Of a stretch of 64,000 nucleotides of DNA, positions 28,294 through 38,651 are shown piece after piece. A program made the translations under genes and the position numbers. Source of the stretch: an uncultured Erysipelotrichaceae bacterium (GTDB taxonomy: Bacteria > Bacillota_I > Bacilli_A > RF39 > UBA660); assembly GCA_902788735.1 (NCBI GenBank), contig CADALJ010000001.1:4005-68004 (forward strand), read 5' to 3'. Every line of letters begins with the position of its first letter. Position 1 is the first letter of the stretch. A model generated the notes under the pieces. That model was not told where the DNA came from and did no database searches. It saw only the letters and a program-made list of their open reading frames with translations.

Positions 28294-28581
28294 ATGAGAC
28301 TAATGAGATTTGATGTTGACAATGAAAAAATCGTAATTGAAAAAGAAAACGAAGTAGTGGAGTATGACATTCTATTCACATTCGATTGTGAAGCAAATAA
28401 AAAATCATATGTAGGATATTCTGATAATAAATTAGCGACAAATGGGAGAAAAACAATTTATGTTTCATCGTATAATCCACTAAGTAAAGAAGTTGAATTA
28501 GAAGATATAACTGATCCAAAAGAATTAGAAATGATCCAAAATGTATTAAATAAAATAGATAGTGAAGCTACTGATAATTAG
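28294..28581 (+). CDS. DUF1292 / UPF0473 family protein (YrzB-like)
   Basis: YDILFTFDCEANKKSYVGY and a C-terminal acidic ELEMIQNVL, matching the YrzB family signature LFTFxSEEFGKSYV. Confidence 0.6.
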   Translation: MRLMRFDVDNEKIVIEKENEVVEYDILFTFDCEANKKSYVGYSDNKLATNGRKTIYVSSYNPLSKEVELEDITDPKELEMIQNVLNKIDSEATDN

Positions 28582-28592
28582 GAGGAAATAAT

Positions 28593-30353
28593 ATGAATGA
28601 AGATTTAGAAAGGTTAAAACAAGAATTAGAATCATTAAAAGCAGTAAGAAATAAATTATCAGTAAAAGAAGAAAACAAAAAAGAAGAATCTTCTACTGAT
28701 ATAAGTAAAAATTTTAAAGAAGAATTAAAAGAAATAGAAGAAGAAATAAAAGAATTTGAAAATGATATAAAAGAAACAGCTAAAGAATACGAAAAATCAT
28801 ATCAAAGAATTAAATCTATAATTGATGAACATGAAGAAATTATAGAAAACACAAATTTATTATCAGAAGAAGAAATCAATGAACTAAGAGAAAAATATGA
28901 AACACAAAAATTAGAAGAAAATGAGATGTCTAATAAAATAAAAAGAAGATTAGATGATCAAAAGAAAATTTTAAGATCAATCAATAGACATAAAACACAA
29001 ATGTTAAATAACATAAAAGCAGCAGAGGCTTTAGAATTAACATATGAAGAATATAAAGATGTAACGTCAACACTAAGAAAAACAAAAATTATGCATGCTA
29101 TTTTAGAAGAAAAAGGGTTACTATCTATTATAGAAAAGAAATATAGTGAAAGAACAAAAGAAGAAAAAGCTGCATTTAAAAATGCCAAAGCTGAAATTAT
29201 AAATGAAATTAGTGAATTAAAGAAAGAACATGATGATTATTCAGTATTAGATGCTATAGAAGCTCTATATTCATTAAATACAACATATATAAGAGTAGAA
29301 AAACCAAAACAAACTACATTCCAATTAAGAGAATTAATGATTATAGAAGAAAATTCACATAGATTGTCATATAGAGTAGTAAATCCTAATACAAAGGTAA
29401 ATACTAATATAGTAGAAGAAGCTCCAAAGGATATGGAAAATGCTACAGCAAATGAAAAAGTAGATATAAATGAATTAAAACCTGCTTCAGAAAAAGTTAC
29501 TATATTTAAAGATGATGATACATATTATGTAAGAAGATATGCCATTGATAGATTTAAATTAAAATCTGCTGATTTAGACAGTGAAGTTAAAATAAATGGA
29601 AGTATGTGTTATAAAATTAGTGAAAAAGATGTAGAAAAAATAAAAGAAAATGCAAACAATACATTCTCACCATTTGTTGCAGATATAAAAGAAATTAATT
29701 TAGATAAGGAAGCTACTAAGAAAGAAGAAACATCTCTTATGGTAGTACCACAAGAAGAAATAGAAAATAAAGAAGAAATAGAAGAAAGTAATAATATTGA
29801 AAAAATCACAATCTTTAAAGAAGAAAATGATAGATATTATGCAAATGAATATACTATAGATAGATTTAAATTAAAATCTGCAAATAAGGAAGAAGAAATT
29901 AGAATTGATGGAGCTCTTTATTATGAAATTAGTGAAGAAGATGCATATAAACTAGTAGAGAATAAAGATAACTCATTTTCACCATATGAAGTATATATAG
30001 AAGAAGTAGAAGAAAAAGAAGATGATATTACACATGATGAAACAAATGACATTATAGAAGAAATACCTGAAGAAGAAATTAATGATATCGTAGAAGAAAA
30101 TATAGAATCAGATAAAAAAGAAAAACTAATAGAAGATTTAGTTGCAAGTAATATTGTAGTAAATAAAGAATTTAAAAAAGAACTAAAAATAGGAGAAACT
30201 CTATATAATATATATCATTCTATACCAAGAGGAATTAAAAAAGTATATAAAGCAGTAAAAGAAGCAATAAAAGAAGCAGATGATTTTCTAGGAGGCTTAA
30301 TAGAAGGACCAATAAAAGACAACCCAGAAGAAGAAATTTCAAAAACAAGATAG
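28593..30353 (+). CDS. large coiled-coil protein with two tandem about-100-aa globular repeats (586 aa)
   Basis: N-terminal 300 aa is heptad-rich. The repeats are VTIFKDDDTYYVRRYAIDRFKLKSA...FSPF and ITIFKEENDRYYANEYTIDRFKLKSA...FSPY. Overlapping start/stop with DUF1292. Confidence 0.6.
   Translation: MNEDLERLKQELESLKAVRNKLSVKEENKKEESSTDISKNFKEELKEIEEEIKEFENDIKETAKEYEKSYQRIKSIIDEHEEIIENTNLLSEEEINELREKYETQKLEENEMSNKIKRRLDDQKKILRSINRHKTQMLNNIKAAEALELTYEEYKDVTSTLRKTKIMHAILEEKGLLSIIEKKYSERTKEEKAAFKNAKAEIINEISELKKEHDDYSVLDAIEALYSLNTTYIRVEKPKQTTFQLRELMIIEENSHRLSYRVVNPNTKVNTNIVEEAPKDMENATANEKVDINELKPASEKVTIFKDDDTYYVRRYAIDRFKLKSADLDSEVKINGSMCYKISEKDVEKIKENANNTFSPFVADIKEINLDKEATKKEETSLMVVPQEEIENKEEIEESNNIEKITIFKEENDRYYANEYTIDRFKLKSANKEEEIRIDGALYYEISEEDAYKLVENKDNSFSPYEVYIEEVEEKEDDITHDETNDIIEEIPEEEINDIVEENIESDKKEKLIEDLVASNIVVNKEFKKELKIGETLYNIYHSIPRGIKKVYKAVKEAIKEADDFLGGLIEGPIKDNPEEEISKTR
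29490..30010 (+). repeat. intragenic tandem duplication (about 310-bp unit, two copies)
   Basis: Shared gatagatttaaattaaaatctgc core and a parallel protein repeat. Confidence 0.5.
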
Positions 30354-30441
30354 GTTTTACCTATCTTTTCTTTATAAATAAAAATTATATAATTTGACTT
30401 TTTTATAAAGACAACATATAATAAGCCCTGAGGCGATTAAT

Positions 30442-31320
30442 ATGAATATGGATTATAATTTATATAAAATATTTTTATATTTATATGAAGAGAGAAGCAT
30501 TTCAAAAACTGCCAGTAAATTATATGTATCTCAACCGGCAATAAGTTATAGTCTAAAAGAATTAGAAAACTCTTTAGGTTACACTTTATTCACTAGAAAC
30601 TCTAAAGGTATAGAGCCTACCTTAGAAGCTACTGAATTATATAATTATATCTCAACAGCATTTGATATATTAAAAGATGCCGAAGAACATGTAAAAAACT
30701 TAAACAATTTAAATGTTGGTACTATAAGAATAGGATCACCATCCCATATAGGAGCACTATACCTAACTAAATATATAGATAAATTTAGTAAAAATTATCC
30801 AAATATTAAATTTGAAATCATATCTAAATCAATGCCTGAAATGGTAGAAATGTTAGAAACAAGAAAACTAGATATGCTAATAGGTATACTTCCTATTAAT
30901 ACTGAAAAAAAATTATCAAAAGTAAATTTAAATGAAGTATATAATTGTTTTGCTTATAATAAAAAACTACTTCCTAATTTAAAAATAAAAAAATGTCTTG
31001 ATTTATTAAAGTATCCTTTAATATTACCAAGGAGTAAAACACCATATAGAAATAAATTAGATGATTATATGGAAACAAGAAATATAAGATTAGAACCATA
31101 TATAGAAGTGTCTACTACTGAAGTAGGATTAGAAATGGTAAGAAAAGGAATGGGTATAGGTTACTTTATAATAGATTCAATTACATCCCAACCTGATAAA
31201 GAAGATTATGAAATAATAGTATTTGATGACTTACCAACCATAGATATATCACTTGTATATATAGATGAATATACTTCTATCGCAGCTAAAAAATTTATAG
31301 ATTCAATTAAAAAAAGTTAG
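30442..31320 (+). CDS. LysR-family transcriptional regulator
   Basis: N-terminal HTH ISKTASKLYVSQPAISYSLKELE plus a substrate-binding domain. Confidence 0.8.
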   Translation: MNMDYNLYKIFLYLYEERSISKTASKLYVSQPAISYSLKELENSLGYTLFTRNSKGIEPTLEATELYNYISTAFDILKDAEEHVKNLNNLNVGTIRIGSPSHIGALYLTKYIDKFSKNYPNIKFEIISKSMPEMVEMLETRKLDMLIGILPINTEKKLSKVNLNEVYNCFAYNKKLLPNLKIKKCLDLLKYPLILPRSKTPYRNKLDDYMETRNIRLEPYIEVSTTEVGLEMVRKGMGIGYFIIDSITSQPDKEDYEIIVFDDLPTIDISLVYIDEYTSIAAKKFIDSIKKS

Positions 31321-31370
31321 AAAAAGTTATTCTTTTTCTTTTTTTTTCATAATTTTTAAAGAGGTGTATT

Positions 31371-33272
31371 ATGTTTATAAAAGAAATAGATAAACGAATA
31401 AAAATATTATTTTTATTAGGATTAATACCATTAATACTAGTAATAATAAAAGTATTCTATATTCAAGTATTTGATTATAAAAACTTAAAAACATCAGCAA
31501 ATGACTTATGGAGTAGAAATCTAAGTATTGAAGCAGATAGAGGTAAAATATTAGATAGAAATGGAAATGTTTTAGCGGACAATCTTACTACTACATCATT
31601 AGTTTTAATTCCTAATCAGATTAAAGATAAAGAAAAAACGACTCGTGAATTAGCTAAAATATTAAATATAAGCTATGATGAAATGAAACCACATGTCTAT
31701 AAAAAAACATCTATTGAGAGAGTTCATCCAGAAGGTAGAAGACTATCATTTGAAATAGCTGATAAAATAAATAATTTAAAACTAGATGGTGTATATTTAG
31801 TAAAAGAATCAAAAAGATTCTATCCATATAAAGATTTATTATCACATACTCTAGGATATGTAGGAATAGATAATCAAGGACTCTCAGGATTAGAACTACA
31901 ATATGATAAATATTTAACAGGTAAAAATGGGGCTATAAAATATTTTAGTGATGCCCATGGAAATAATTTAAATAAAAAAGAAAGTTATGTAGCCCCAACA
32001 AGTGGTATGGATATTACTCTAACTATAGATTTAGATATTCAAAAATCATTAGAAAGAGAAATGAATAATATAGTAGATATGTTTGAACCAGATATGGCAC
32101 TAGCTATTGTAGTAGATCCTAAAACTGGAGAAATACTAGGAATGAGTGCAACTCCTGATTTTGATCCTAATAACTATAAAAAATATGATATAGAAACATT
32201 AAATAGAAATCTTCCTATTTGGTCTTCATATGAACCAGGAAGTACCTTTAAAATAGTAACAATGGCTAGTGCTGTAGAAGAAAAAGTAGTAGATATATTT
32301 AATGATCATTTTTATGATTCAGGTAAAGTAAACGTAGATGGTAGTGTTATAAAATGTTGGAAAGCTCATGGTCATGGTGATCAAACATATCTTGAAGTAC
32401 TACAAAATTCATGTAACCCAGGTTTTGTATCATTAGGTCAAAAACTAGGTAAAGAAAGATTATTTAGTTATATTAATAAATTTGGTTTTGGAGAAAAAAC
32501 AGGCGTTGATTTAAATGGAGAAGGAACAGGAATAGTCTTTCCATTAGAGAAAGTAGGAAATGTAGAATTAGCAACTTCAGCTTTTGGACAAGGACCTAGT
32601 GTAACACCAATTCAACAAGTAATGGCTGTATCAGCAGTAGTAAATGGAGGATATTTATATAAACCATATATTGTAAAAGCAATATCAGATAATACTAACA
32701 CAGTAATATTTGAAAATAAGAAAACATTAAGAAGAAAAGTAATTAGTAAAGAAACTTCAGCTATTATGAGAGTAGCTTTAGAACATGTAGTAGCAAAAGG
32801 AGGAGGAAAAGCTGCGTATATAGAAGGATATAGAATAGGAGGTAAAACTGGAACTGCCCAAAAGCAAGAAAATGGACACTACTTAGTAAATAACTATATA
32901 ATGAGCTTTATGGCTGTAGTACCTTCAAATAACCCTGAAGCAGTGCTATATGTTGCTATAGATAATCCTAAACATACCGCTATGTTATCAAGCTATACCA
33001 CAACACCAATTGCTAGAAGAATAATTTTAGATATAATAGATACACTTCATATAGAAAAACAAAATAATGAATTAGCTAAAGATTTAGAATGGACTGATAA
33101 AGTAACTTATGAAGTACCTAATGTCGTAGGTATGAGTCTAGAAGAAGCAAAAAAAGAATTGTTTAATTTTCAAATAATAGTAGAAGGAGATGGAAATACA
33201 GTATTTACTCAATCACCTAAAGCAAAAGAAAAATTAGAAGACCAAAGTAAGGTACGTATATATTTAAAATAA
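31371..33272 (+). CDS. penicillin-binding protein (FtsI/SpoVD-type transpeptidase) with one C-terminal PASTA domain
   Basis: STFK, SCN and KTGT motifs; N-terminal TM; PASTA at the C-terminus. Confidence 0.85.
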   Translation: MFIKEIDKRIKILFLLGLIPLILVIIKVFYIQVFDYKNLKTSANDLWSRNLSIEADRGKILDRNGNVLADNLTTTSLVLIPNQIKDKEKTTRELAKILNISYDEMKPHVYKKTSIERVHPEGRRLSFEIADKINNLKLDGVYLVKESKRFYPYKDLLSHTLGYVGIDNQGLSGLELQYDKYLTGKNGAIKYFSDAHGNNLNKKESYVAPTSGMDITLTIDLDIQKSLEREMNNIVDMFEPDMALAIVVDPKTGEILGMSATPDFDPNNYKKYDIETLNRNLPIWSSYEPGSTFKIVTMASAVEEKVVDIFNDHFYDSGKVNVDGSVIKCWKAHGHGDQTYLEVLQNSCNPGFVSLGQKLGKERLFSYINKFGFGEKTGVDLNGEGTGIVFPLEKVGNVELATSAFGQGPSVTPIQQVMAVSAVVNGGYLYKPYIVKAISDNTNTVIFENKKTLRRKVISKETSAIMRVALEHVVAKGGGKAAYIEGYRIGGKTGTAQKQENGHYLVNNYIMSFMAVVPSNNPEAVLYVAIDNPKHTAMLSSYTTTPIARRIILDIIDTLHIEKQNNELAKDLEWTDKVTYEVPNVVGMSLEEAKKELFNFQIIVEGDGNTVFTQSPKAKEKLEDQSKVRIYLK

Positions 33273-33362
33273 AAAATGTAAATAAATGTAAAAATAATTC
33301 AAATTGTCATATTATTGACGTAATTATGATATAATGTTTCAAGAGAGATGAGGAGTGATTTA

Positions 33363-34343
33363 ATGTTACTACTTACTAAAGCAATTTTTGCTATTATGAT
33401 AGGTTTTTTAGCATCAGCCTTACTAGGATTGATACTAATACCAATACTTAAGAAATTGCGTATAGGACAAAAAATTTCAATATTTGTAGGAGAAGCACAT
33501 AGAAAAAAAGAAGGAACTCCTACTATGGGTGGATTAATATTCATAATTCCAACTATAGCTGCTACCTTAGGTTTAATAATAACTGGAAAAGTAAGTTATA
33601 CATCTAACTTAGGAATAGTTTTATTAGTTTTTATAGGATATGCATGTATAGGATTTTTAGATGATTTCCTATCTATTAGAAAAGGAAACAATGAAGGATT
33701 AACTACATATCAAAAACTATTTATGCAAGTATTAATTGCCTTAGGATTTTTCTATATATATATGAGAAGTGGAGGACAAACTTCATGGGTAGTAGGTACA
33801 CTTCATATTGATATAGAATTTGGTTGGTTATATGGACTTGTCATATTATTTATATTAGTAGGTTCTAGTAATGCTGTTAACCTAACAGATGGTCTTGATG
33901 GGCTAGCCGGAGGACTTTCCGCAATTGCCTTCATTGCCTTTGCATTAATTTCTCTTTCAGTTGGTTTTGAAGATATTGGAATATTCAGTTTAATATTAGT
34001 AGGAAGTTTAGTAGGATTCTTAATATTTAATACACATCCAGCTAAAGTAATAATGGGAGATACAGGATCTCTTGCTTTAGGTGCAGTAATGGGAGCTATC
34101 GCAATACTTACCCATAGAGAATTAACGCTATTAGTAGTAGCTAGTGTATTTGTAATAGAAACATTAAGCGTTATTCTTCAAACATTCTGGGTTCAAGTAT
34201 TCCATAAAAAATTATTCTTAATGACACCAATACATCATCACTTTGAAAAGCTAGGATGGGCTGAAACAGATATAGTTAAATTGTTTTGGGTAATAGGATT
34301 AATTCTTTCTATGGCAGGAATAATATTTGGAGTATGGGTATAA
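33363..34343 (+). CDS. mraY: phospho-N-acetylmuramoyl-pentapeptide transferase
   Basis: NAVNLTDGLDGLA and HHHFE motifs. ATG at 33363 behind GAGGAG preferred over 33348. Confidence 0.9.
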   Translation: MLLLTKAIFAIMIGFLASALLGLILIPILKKLRIGQKISIFVGEAHRKKEGTPTMGGLIFIIPTIAATLGLIITGKVSYTSNLGIVLLVFIGYACIGFLDDFLSIRKGNNEGLTTYQKLFMQVLIALGFFYIYMRSGGQTSWVVGTLHIDIEFGWLYGLVILFILVGSSNAVNLTDGLDGLAGGLSAIAFIAFALISLSVGFEDIGIFSLILVGSLVGFLIFNTHPAKVIMGDTGSLALGAVMGAIAILTHRELTLLVVASVFVIETLSVILQTFWVQVFHKKLFLMTPIHHHFEKLGWAETDIVKLFWVIGLILSMAGIIFGVWV

Positions 34344-34395
34344 ATACTTGTAAAAAATACTAATATTTAGTAAAATAAAACACAAGGAGGATATT

Positions 34396-34605
34396 ATGTT
34401 ACAAGATATATTATTAGTAGTAGTAGGTTTAATATTTGGTATAGTAATTGGATTCTTCGGAGCAAGATTATTTATGAAGAAGTATCTAAAGAAAAATCCC
34501 CCAATTAATGAAGATATGATTAAAGCATTAATGAGTCAAATGGGAAGAAAACCAAATCAAAAACAAATTAATCAAATGATGAAACAAATGGAGAAATATC
34601 AATAG
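34396..34605 (+). CDS. yneF: UPF0154 family small membrane protein (YneF-like)
   Basis: TM followed by [26 protein letters not shown], the family signature. Confidence 0.7.
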   Translation: MLQDILLVVVGLIFGIVIGFFGARLFMKKYLKKNPPINEDMIKALMSQMGRKPNQKQINQMMKQMEKYQ

Positions 34606-34652
34606 ATATTTCTTTTTTATGATATAATTATCTTATTAATGGAGGTGGCAAT

Positions 34653-36413
34653 ATGAAAGACTTTAAAGAAAAACTAGCATTAGTTCCTACAAAACCAGGT
34701 AGTTACCAAATGAAAAATAAAGATGGTGTAATTATATATGTAGGTAAAGCAAAAAATCTTCAAAGAAGACTTAGAAGTTATTTCACAAGAACAGTAACAG
34801 GTAAAACTAAAATGTTAGTAGAAGATATAGATGACTTTGAATATATTGTTACCGACTCAGAACTTGAAAGTTTAATTTTAGAAATAACTTTAATAAAGAA
34901 ATACGATCCTAAATATAATATATTATTAAGAGATGACAAATCTTATCCATATATTGAATTAACTAATGATAAATATCCTACTTTAAAAGTAGTAAGAAAT
35001 GTTAAAAGAAAGAAAAATAAAAATTATTTATATGGACCATATCCTAATGTTTCCGCAGCAAGAAGTACTGTTAATATGATTAATAGAATATATCCATTAA
35101 GAAAATGTGATCCAATAAAAAAAGACTTATGTCTTTACTATCATATAAATGAATGTTTAGGATACTGTAAAAAAGAAATAGACCCTAATCTAATAGAAGA
35201 AATGAAAAAAGAAATTATTACATTTTTAAAAGGAGATGCTACATTAATTACTAAAAAGATTAATGAAGAAATGGAAAAAGCAAGTAATAATTTAAATTAT
35301 GAAAAAGCCTTAGAATTAAAGAAAATGCTAGATGATATAAATGTTGTTCTTAATAAACAAAAAATAGATTTAAATAATAATTATAACTTTGATATAGTAA
35401 ATTATTATTCAGATAATAATTATTTAAGTATAGAAATATTCTTTATAAGAAATGGATTACTATTTGGTAGACATAATGAAATAATAAATTCATTAGAAGA
35501 TACTCCTAATGAAGTATTAGAATATTTAATTAAATTCTATGATAAATCTTTACTACCTCATGAGCTATTAGTACCAAATGACTTAGATAAGGAATTAATT
35601 AGTAATTACTTTGATATTAAAGTAACAACTCCAGAAAGAGGTAAATTAAAAAGTCTATTAGACTTATGTTATTCTAATGCTAAAGAACAAATGTCACTTA
35701 AAGAAGAAACTTTAAAGAAAGATGATGATGAAAGAATCCATGCATTAGAAGAATTAAAAGAATTATTAGGATTAAAAGAACTACATAGAATGGAATCATT
35801 TGATAACTCTCATTTGTTTGGTACTTTCTATGTAGGTGGTATGGTTGTATTTGATGATTTTTTACCTAATAAAGATCTATATAGAAAATATAAAATATCA
35901 ACTGATGTTAAAGATGATTTATCTGCTATGAAAGAAGTAGTATATAGAAGATATTTTAAAACAATTATGGAAGAATCCTATAAACCAGATTTAATTGTAA
36001 TGGATGGGGGAAAATTACAAGTAGAAGCTTGTAAAGAAGTACTAAACTCCCTTAATTTATATATTCCAATAATAGGATTAGTAAAAGATAAAAATCATAG
36101 AACAAGTTATATAATAAATGAAAATTATGATATACTAAATGTAGATAAAGATTCACGTCTTTTCTTATTCTTAACTAGAATACAAGATGAAGTTCATAGA
36201 TTTGCGATTAACTATCATAGAAACATTAAATCTAAAGGAGCATTATCTAGTATGTTAGATGTTATTCCAGGAATAGGAGAAACTAGAAAAAAAGAACTAT
36301 TAAAGACGTTTGGCTCTTTAAAGAAAATGAAATTAGCTTCCACAGAAGAATTATCTAAAATAGTAGGTAAGGATGTAGCTAATAAATTATATGAATATTT
36401 GAAAGAGGTATAA
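34653..36413 (+). CDS. uvrC: excinuclease ABC subunit C
   Basis: GIY-YIG (PGSYQMKNKDGVIIYVGKAKNLQRR), UvrBC interaction region and a C-terminal HhH. Confidence 0.9.
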   Translation: MKDFKEKLALVPTKPGSYQMKNKDGVIIYVGKAKNLQRRLRSYFTRTVTGKTKMLVEDIDDFEYIVTDSELESLILEITLIKKYDPKYNILLRDDKSYPYIELTNDKYPTLKVVRNVKRKKNKNYLYGPYPNVSAARSTVNMINRIYPLRKCDPIKKDLCLYYHINECLGYCKKEIDPNLIEEMKKEIITFLKGDATLITKKINEEMEKASNNLNYEKALELKKMLDDINVVLNKQKIDLNNNYNFDIVNYYSDNNYLSIEIFFIRNGLLFGRHNEIINSLEDTPNEVLEYLIKFYDKSLLPHELLVPNDLDKELISNYFDIKVTTPERGKLKSLLDLCYSNAKEQMSLKEETLKKDDDERIHALEELKELLGLKELHRMESFDNSHLFGTFYVGGMVVFDDFLPNKDLYRKYKISTDVKDDLSAMKEVVYRRYFKTIMEESYKPDLIVMDGGKLQVEACKEVLNSLNLYIPIIGLVKDKNHRTSYIINENYDILNVDKDSRLFLFLTRIQDEVHRFAINYHRNIKSKGALSSMLDVIPGIGETRKKELLKTFGSLKKMKLASTEELSKIVGKDVANKLYEYLKEV

Positions 36414-36415
36414 AT

Positions 36416-36826
36416 ATGAAGAATAATAAAGGATTTACATTAGTAGAAATAATGTCAGTAGTAGTAATACTAGGTATAATAGCTATAACTGCAGTAGTAG
36501 CATACAATAAGTATTTAAATGATACAAGAAATAAAGATTATGATTTTATGGCTAAATCAGCATCTAATGCAGCAGCAGAATATGCAATGGATCATATAGG
36601 AATAAGAACAGTAACATTTCAAGAACTATATGAGAAAGAATACTTAGAATATCCACAAGATCCATCGAATCAGGGAAAAATGTGTAGTGGTAAAGTAGTA
36701 ATAAAAAATACTGAAAATTATGATGGATTAGATACAGAAAAATATGATGTAACAGTATGTTGTGCTAATTTTAGTTATATATATCATTTCCCAGGAGGAA
36801 GTAGACAATTAACCACATGTGAATAG
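36416..36826 (+). CDS. type IV prepilin-like protein (ComGC/pseudopilin-like), solitary
   Basis: MKNNKGFTLVEIMSVVVILGIIAI: class III signal peptide with G/F cleavage site and Glu+5. The start is 3 nt after the uvrC stop. Confidence 0.65.
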   Translation: MKNNKGFTLVEIMSVVVILGIIAITAVVAYNKYLNDTRNKDYDFMAKSASNAAAEYAMDHIGIRTVTFQELYEKEYLEYPQDPSNQGKMCSGKVVIKNTENYDGLDTEKYDVTVCCANFSYIYHFPGGSRQLTTCE

Positions 36827-36835
36827 GGTGAAATT

Positions 36836-38602
36836 ATGAGTAAAATAAAAGTAATGGACGAAGTTTTAGCTAATAAGATAGCTGCAGGAGAAGTAGTTGA
36901 AAAAACTATGAATGTAGTAAAAGAATTAGTTGAAAACTCAATAGATGCAGAAAGTACAGAAATAACAGTTAAATTAATAGATTCAGGTGTTAAAGAAATA
37001 GAAGTATCAGATAACGGAATAGGTATGGATAGGGATGATGCAACTCTTGCATTTTCTCGTCATGCTACTTCTAAATTAAAAAGTCTAGATGATTTATTTT
37101 ATATAGAATCATTAGGATTTCGTGGAGAAGCTCTTCCATCAATAGCTAGTGTATCAAATGTTAAACTTAAGACTAGCAATAAAGAGAAAGGCACATTAGT
37201 TACTATTAATGGAGGAAAAGACTTAAAAGTAGAAAATAGTGATCTTCAAACAGGAACAACTATCACAGTCTCTGATTTATTTTATAATACTCCGGTAAGA
37301 TTAAAATATCTAAAGAACTTATATACAGAACTTGCCTATATTGTAGAGTATATGAATAAAATGGCTTTAAGCTATCCAAACATCAAATTTACTTTAATTA
37401 ATAATGATAAAGTATTATTAAAAACTGATGGAAGTGGAGATTTATTAAAAGTAATATATGAAATATATGGAGTAGATATTACTAAGAAAATGATTCCAAT
37501 CGATGGAGAAAATGATGATTACTATATACATGGTTATATTTCATATCCAGAAGTTACTAAGGCTAATAGGAATTCTATTACTACTCTAGTAAATGGAAGA
37601 GTAATTAAAAATAATGAGCTTAATAAGTGTATAGTAGATTGTTATCACACATATATACATAAAGATAGATATCCAGTAATTATATTAAATATCGATGTCG
37701 ATCCAATACTAATAGATATTAATATACATCCAACTAAAATGGATATAAAATTCTCTAAGATGGATACATTAAAAAGCTTAATAGAAAAACTAATAACTGA
37801 AAAATTAGAAAATATTTCTTTAATTCCAGAAGTATCAGTAAGAGATAGTTATTCTATAAGTGAAGTATCACGTCAAATTCATAAACAAGAAGAAAAAGAA
37901 GAAGTAATAGATAAACCTAAATATGAAGAAATAAAATTAGATTTTGAAGTAAAAGAAGAAGAAAAAAAATATAATGAAGAAATAAAAGAAAGTTTACCAT
38001 TTGAAGTAGAACCATCTCCTAGAGTAAAGAAAATGTATCCAATAGGAGTAGTTATGAAAACTTATATAGTTGCAGAAAATGAAGATGGAATGTACTTAAT
38101 AGACCAACATGCTGCAGCAGAGAGAATTAACTTTGAAAAAATAATGAAACAAATGAAAGAAAAACCAATTATTATTGATTTATTAGTACCAATAAGAATA
38201 GAACTAAGAAAAGATGAATTTATTCTAGCTAAAGAAAGATTTTCTTTATTAGAAGAATATGGTTTTTCAATTGATGAATTTGGAGAAAATACCATTATAG
38301 TAAGAAGCCATCCTAATTGGATACCAGAAGAAAAATCTGAAGAAATAATTAGAAAACTAATAGATATAATTATAGATAAAGGTAAATTTGATTTCGAAAA
38401 GTTTATCTGGAGAATAGCAGCTACTACTGCTTGTAGAATGTCAGTAATGGCAGGAGATTATATTTCTAAAGAAGAAATGGAATGGATTCTAGAAAACATT
38501 AGATATTGTGATAATCCATTTACTTGTCCTCATGGAAGACCTTCTATTATTACTTATACTAAGTACGAATTAGAAAAACTATTTAAACGTCAATTAGATT
38601 AG
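36836..38602 (+). CDS. mutL: DNA mismatch repair protein MutL
   Basis: GHKL ATPase motifs (ELVENSIDA, DNGIGM) and a C-terminal endonuclease motif region. Confidence 0.9.
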   Translation: MSKIKVMDEVLANKIAAGEVVEKTMNVVKELVENSIDAESTEITVKLIDSGVKEIEVSDNGIGMDRDDATLAFSRHATSKLKSLDDLFYIESLGFRGEALPSIASVSNVKLKTSNKEKGTLVTINGGKDLKVENSDLQTGTTITVSDLFYNTPVRLKYLKNLYTELAYIVEYMNKMALSYPNIKFTLINNDKVLLKTDGSGDLLKVIYEIYGVDITKKMIPIDGENDDYYIHGYISYPEVTKANRNSITTLVNGRVIKNNELNKCIVDCYHTYIHKDRYPVIILNIDVDPILIDINIHPTKMDIKFSKMDTLKSLIEKLITEKLENISLIPEVSVRDSYSISEVSRQIHKQEEKEEVIDKPKYEEIKLDFEVKEEEKKYNEEIKESLPFEVEPSPRVKKMYPIGVVMKTYIVAENEDGMYLIDQHAAAERINFEKIMKQMKEKPIIIDLLVPIRIELRKDEFILAKERFSLLEEYGFSIDEFGENTIIVRSHPNWIPEEKSEEIIRKLIDIIIDKGKFDFEKFIWRIAATTACRMSVMAGDYISKEEMEWILENIRYCDNPFTCPHGRPSIITYTKYELEKLFKRQLD

Positions 38603-38630
38603 AAGTAGAAATACTTCTTTTCTTATGCTA
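38603..38630 (+). terminator. intrinsic terminator after mutL
   Basis: Hairpin agaagta-gaaa-tacttct followed by T-run. Confidence 0.5.
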
Positions 38631-38651
38631 TAATATGTCCGAGGGGATATT

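Noticed and set aside
28958-29809. Two short antisense ORFs (28958-29188 and 29609-29809) inside the coiled-coil gene.
   Set aside because: Typical antisense artefacts of Lys/Glu-rich coding DNA.
33299-33544. 81-aa minus-strand ORF overlapping the mraY start.
   Set aside because: Antisense to mraY and the intergenic region; no RBS.
38062-38295. 77-aa antisense ORF in mutL.
   Set aside because: Antisense to mutL.
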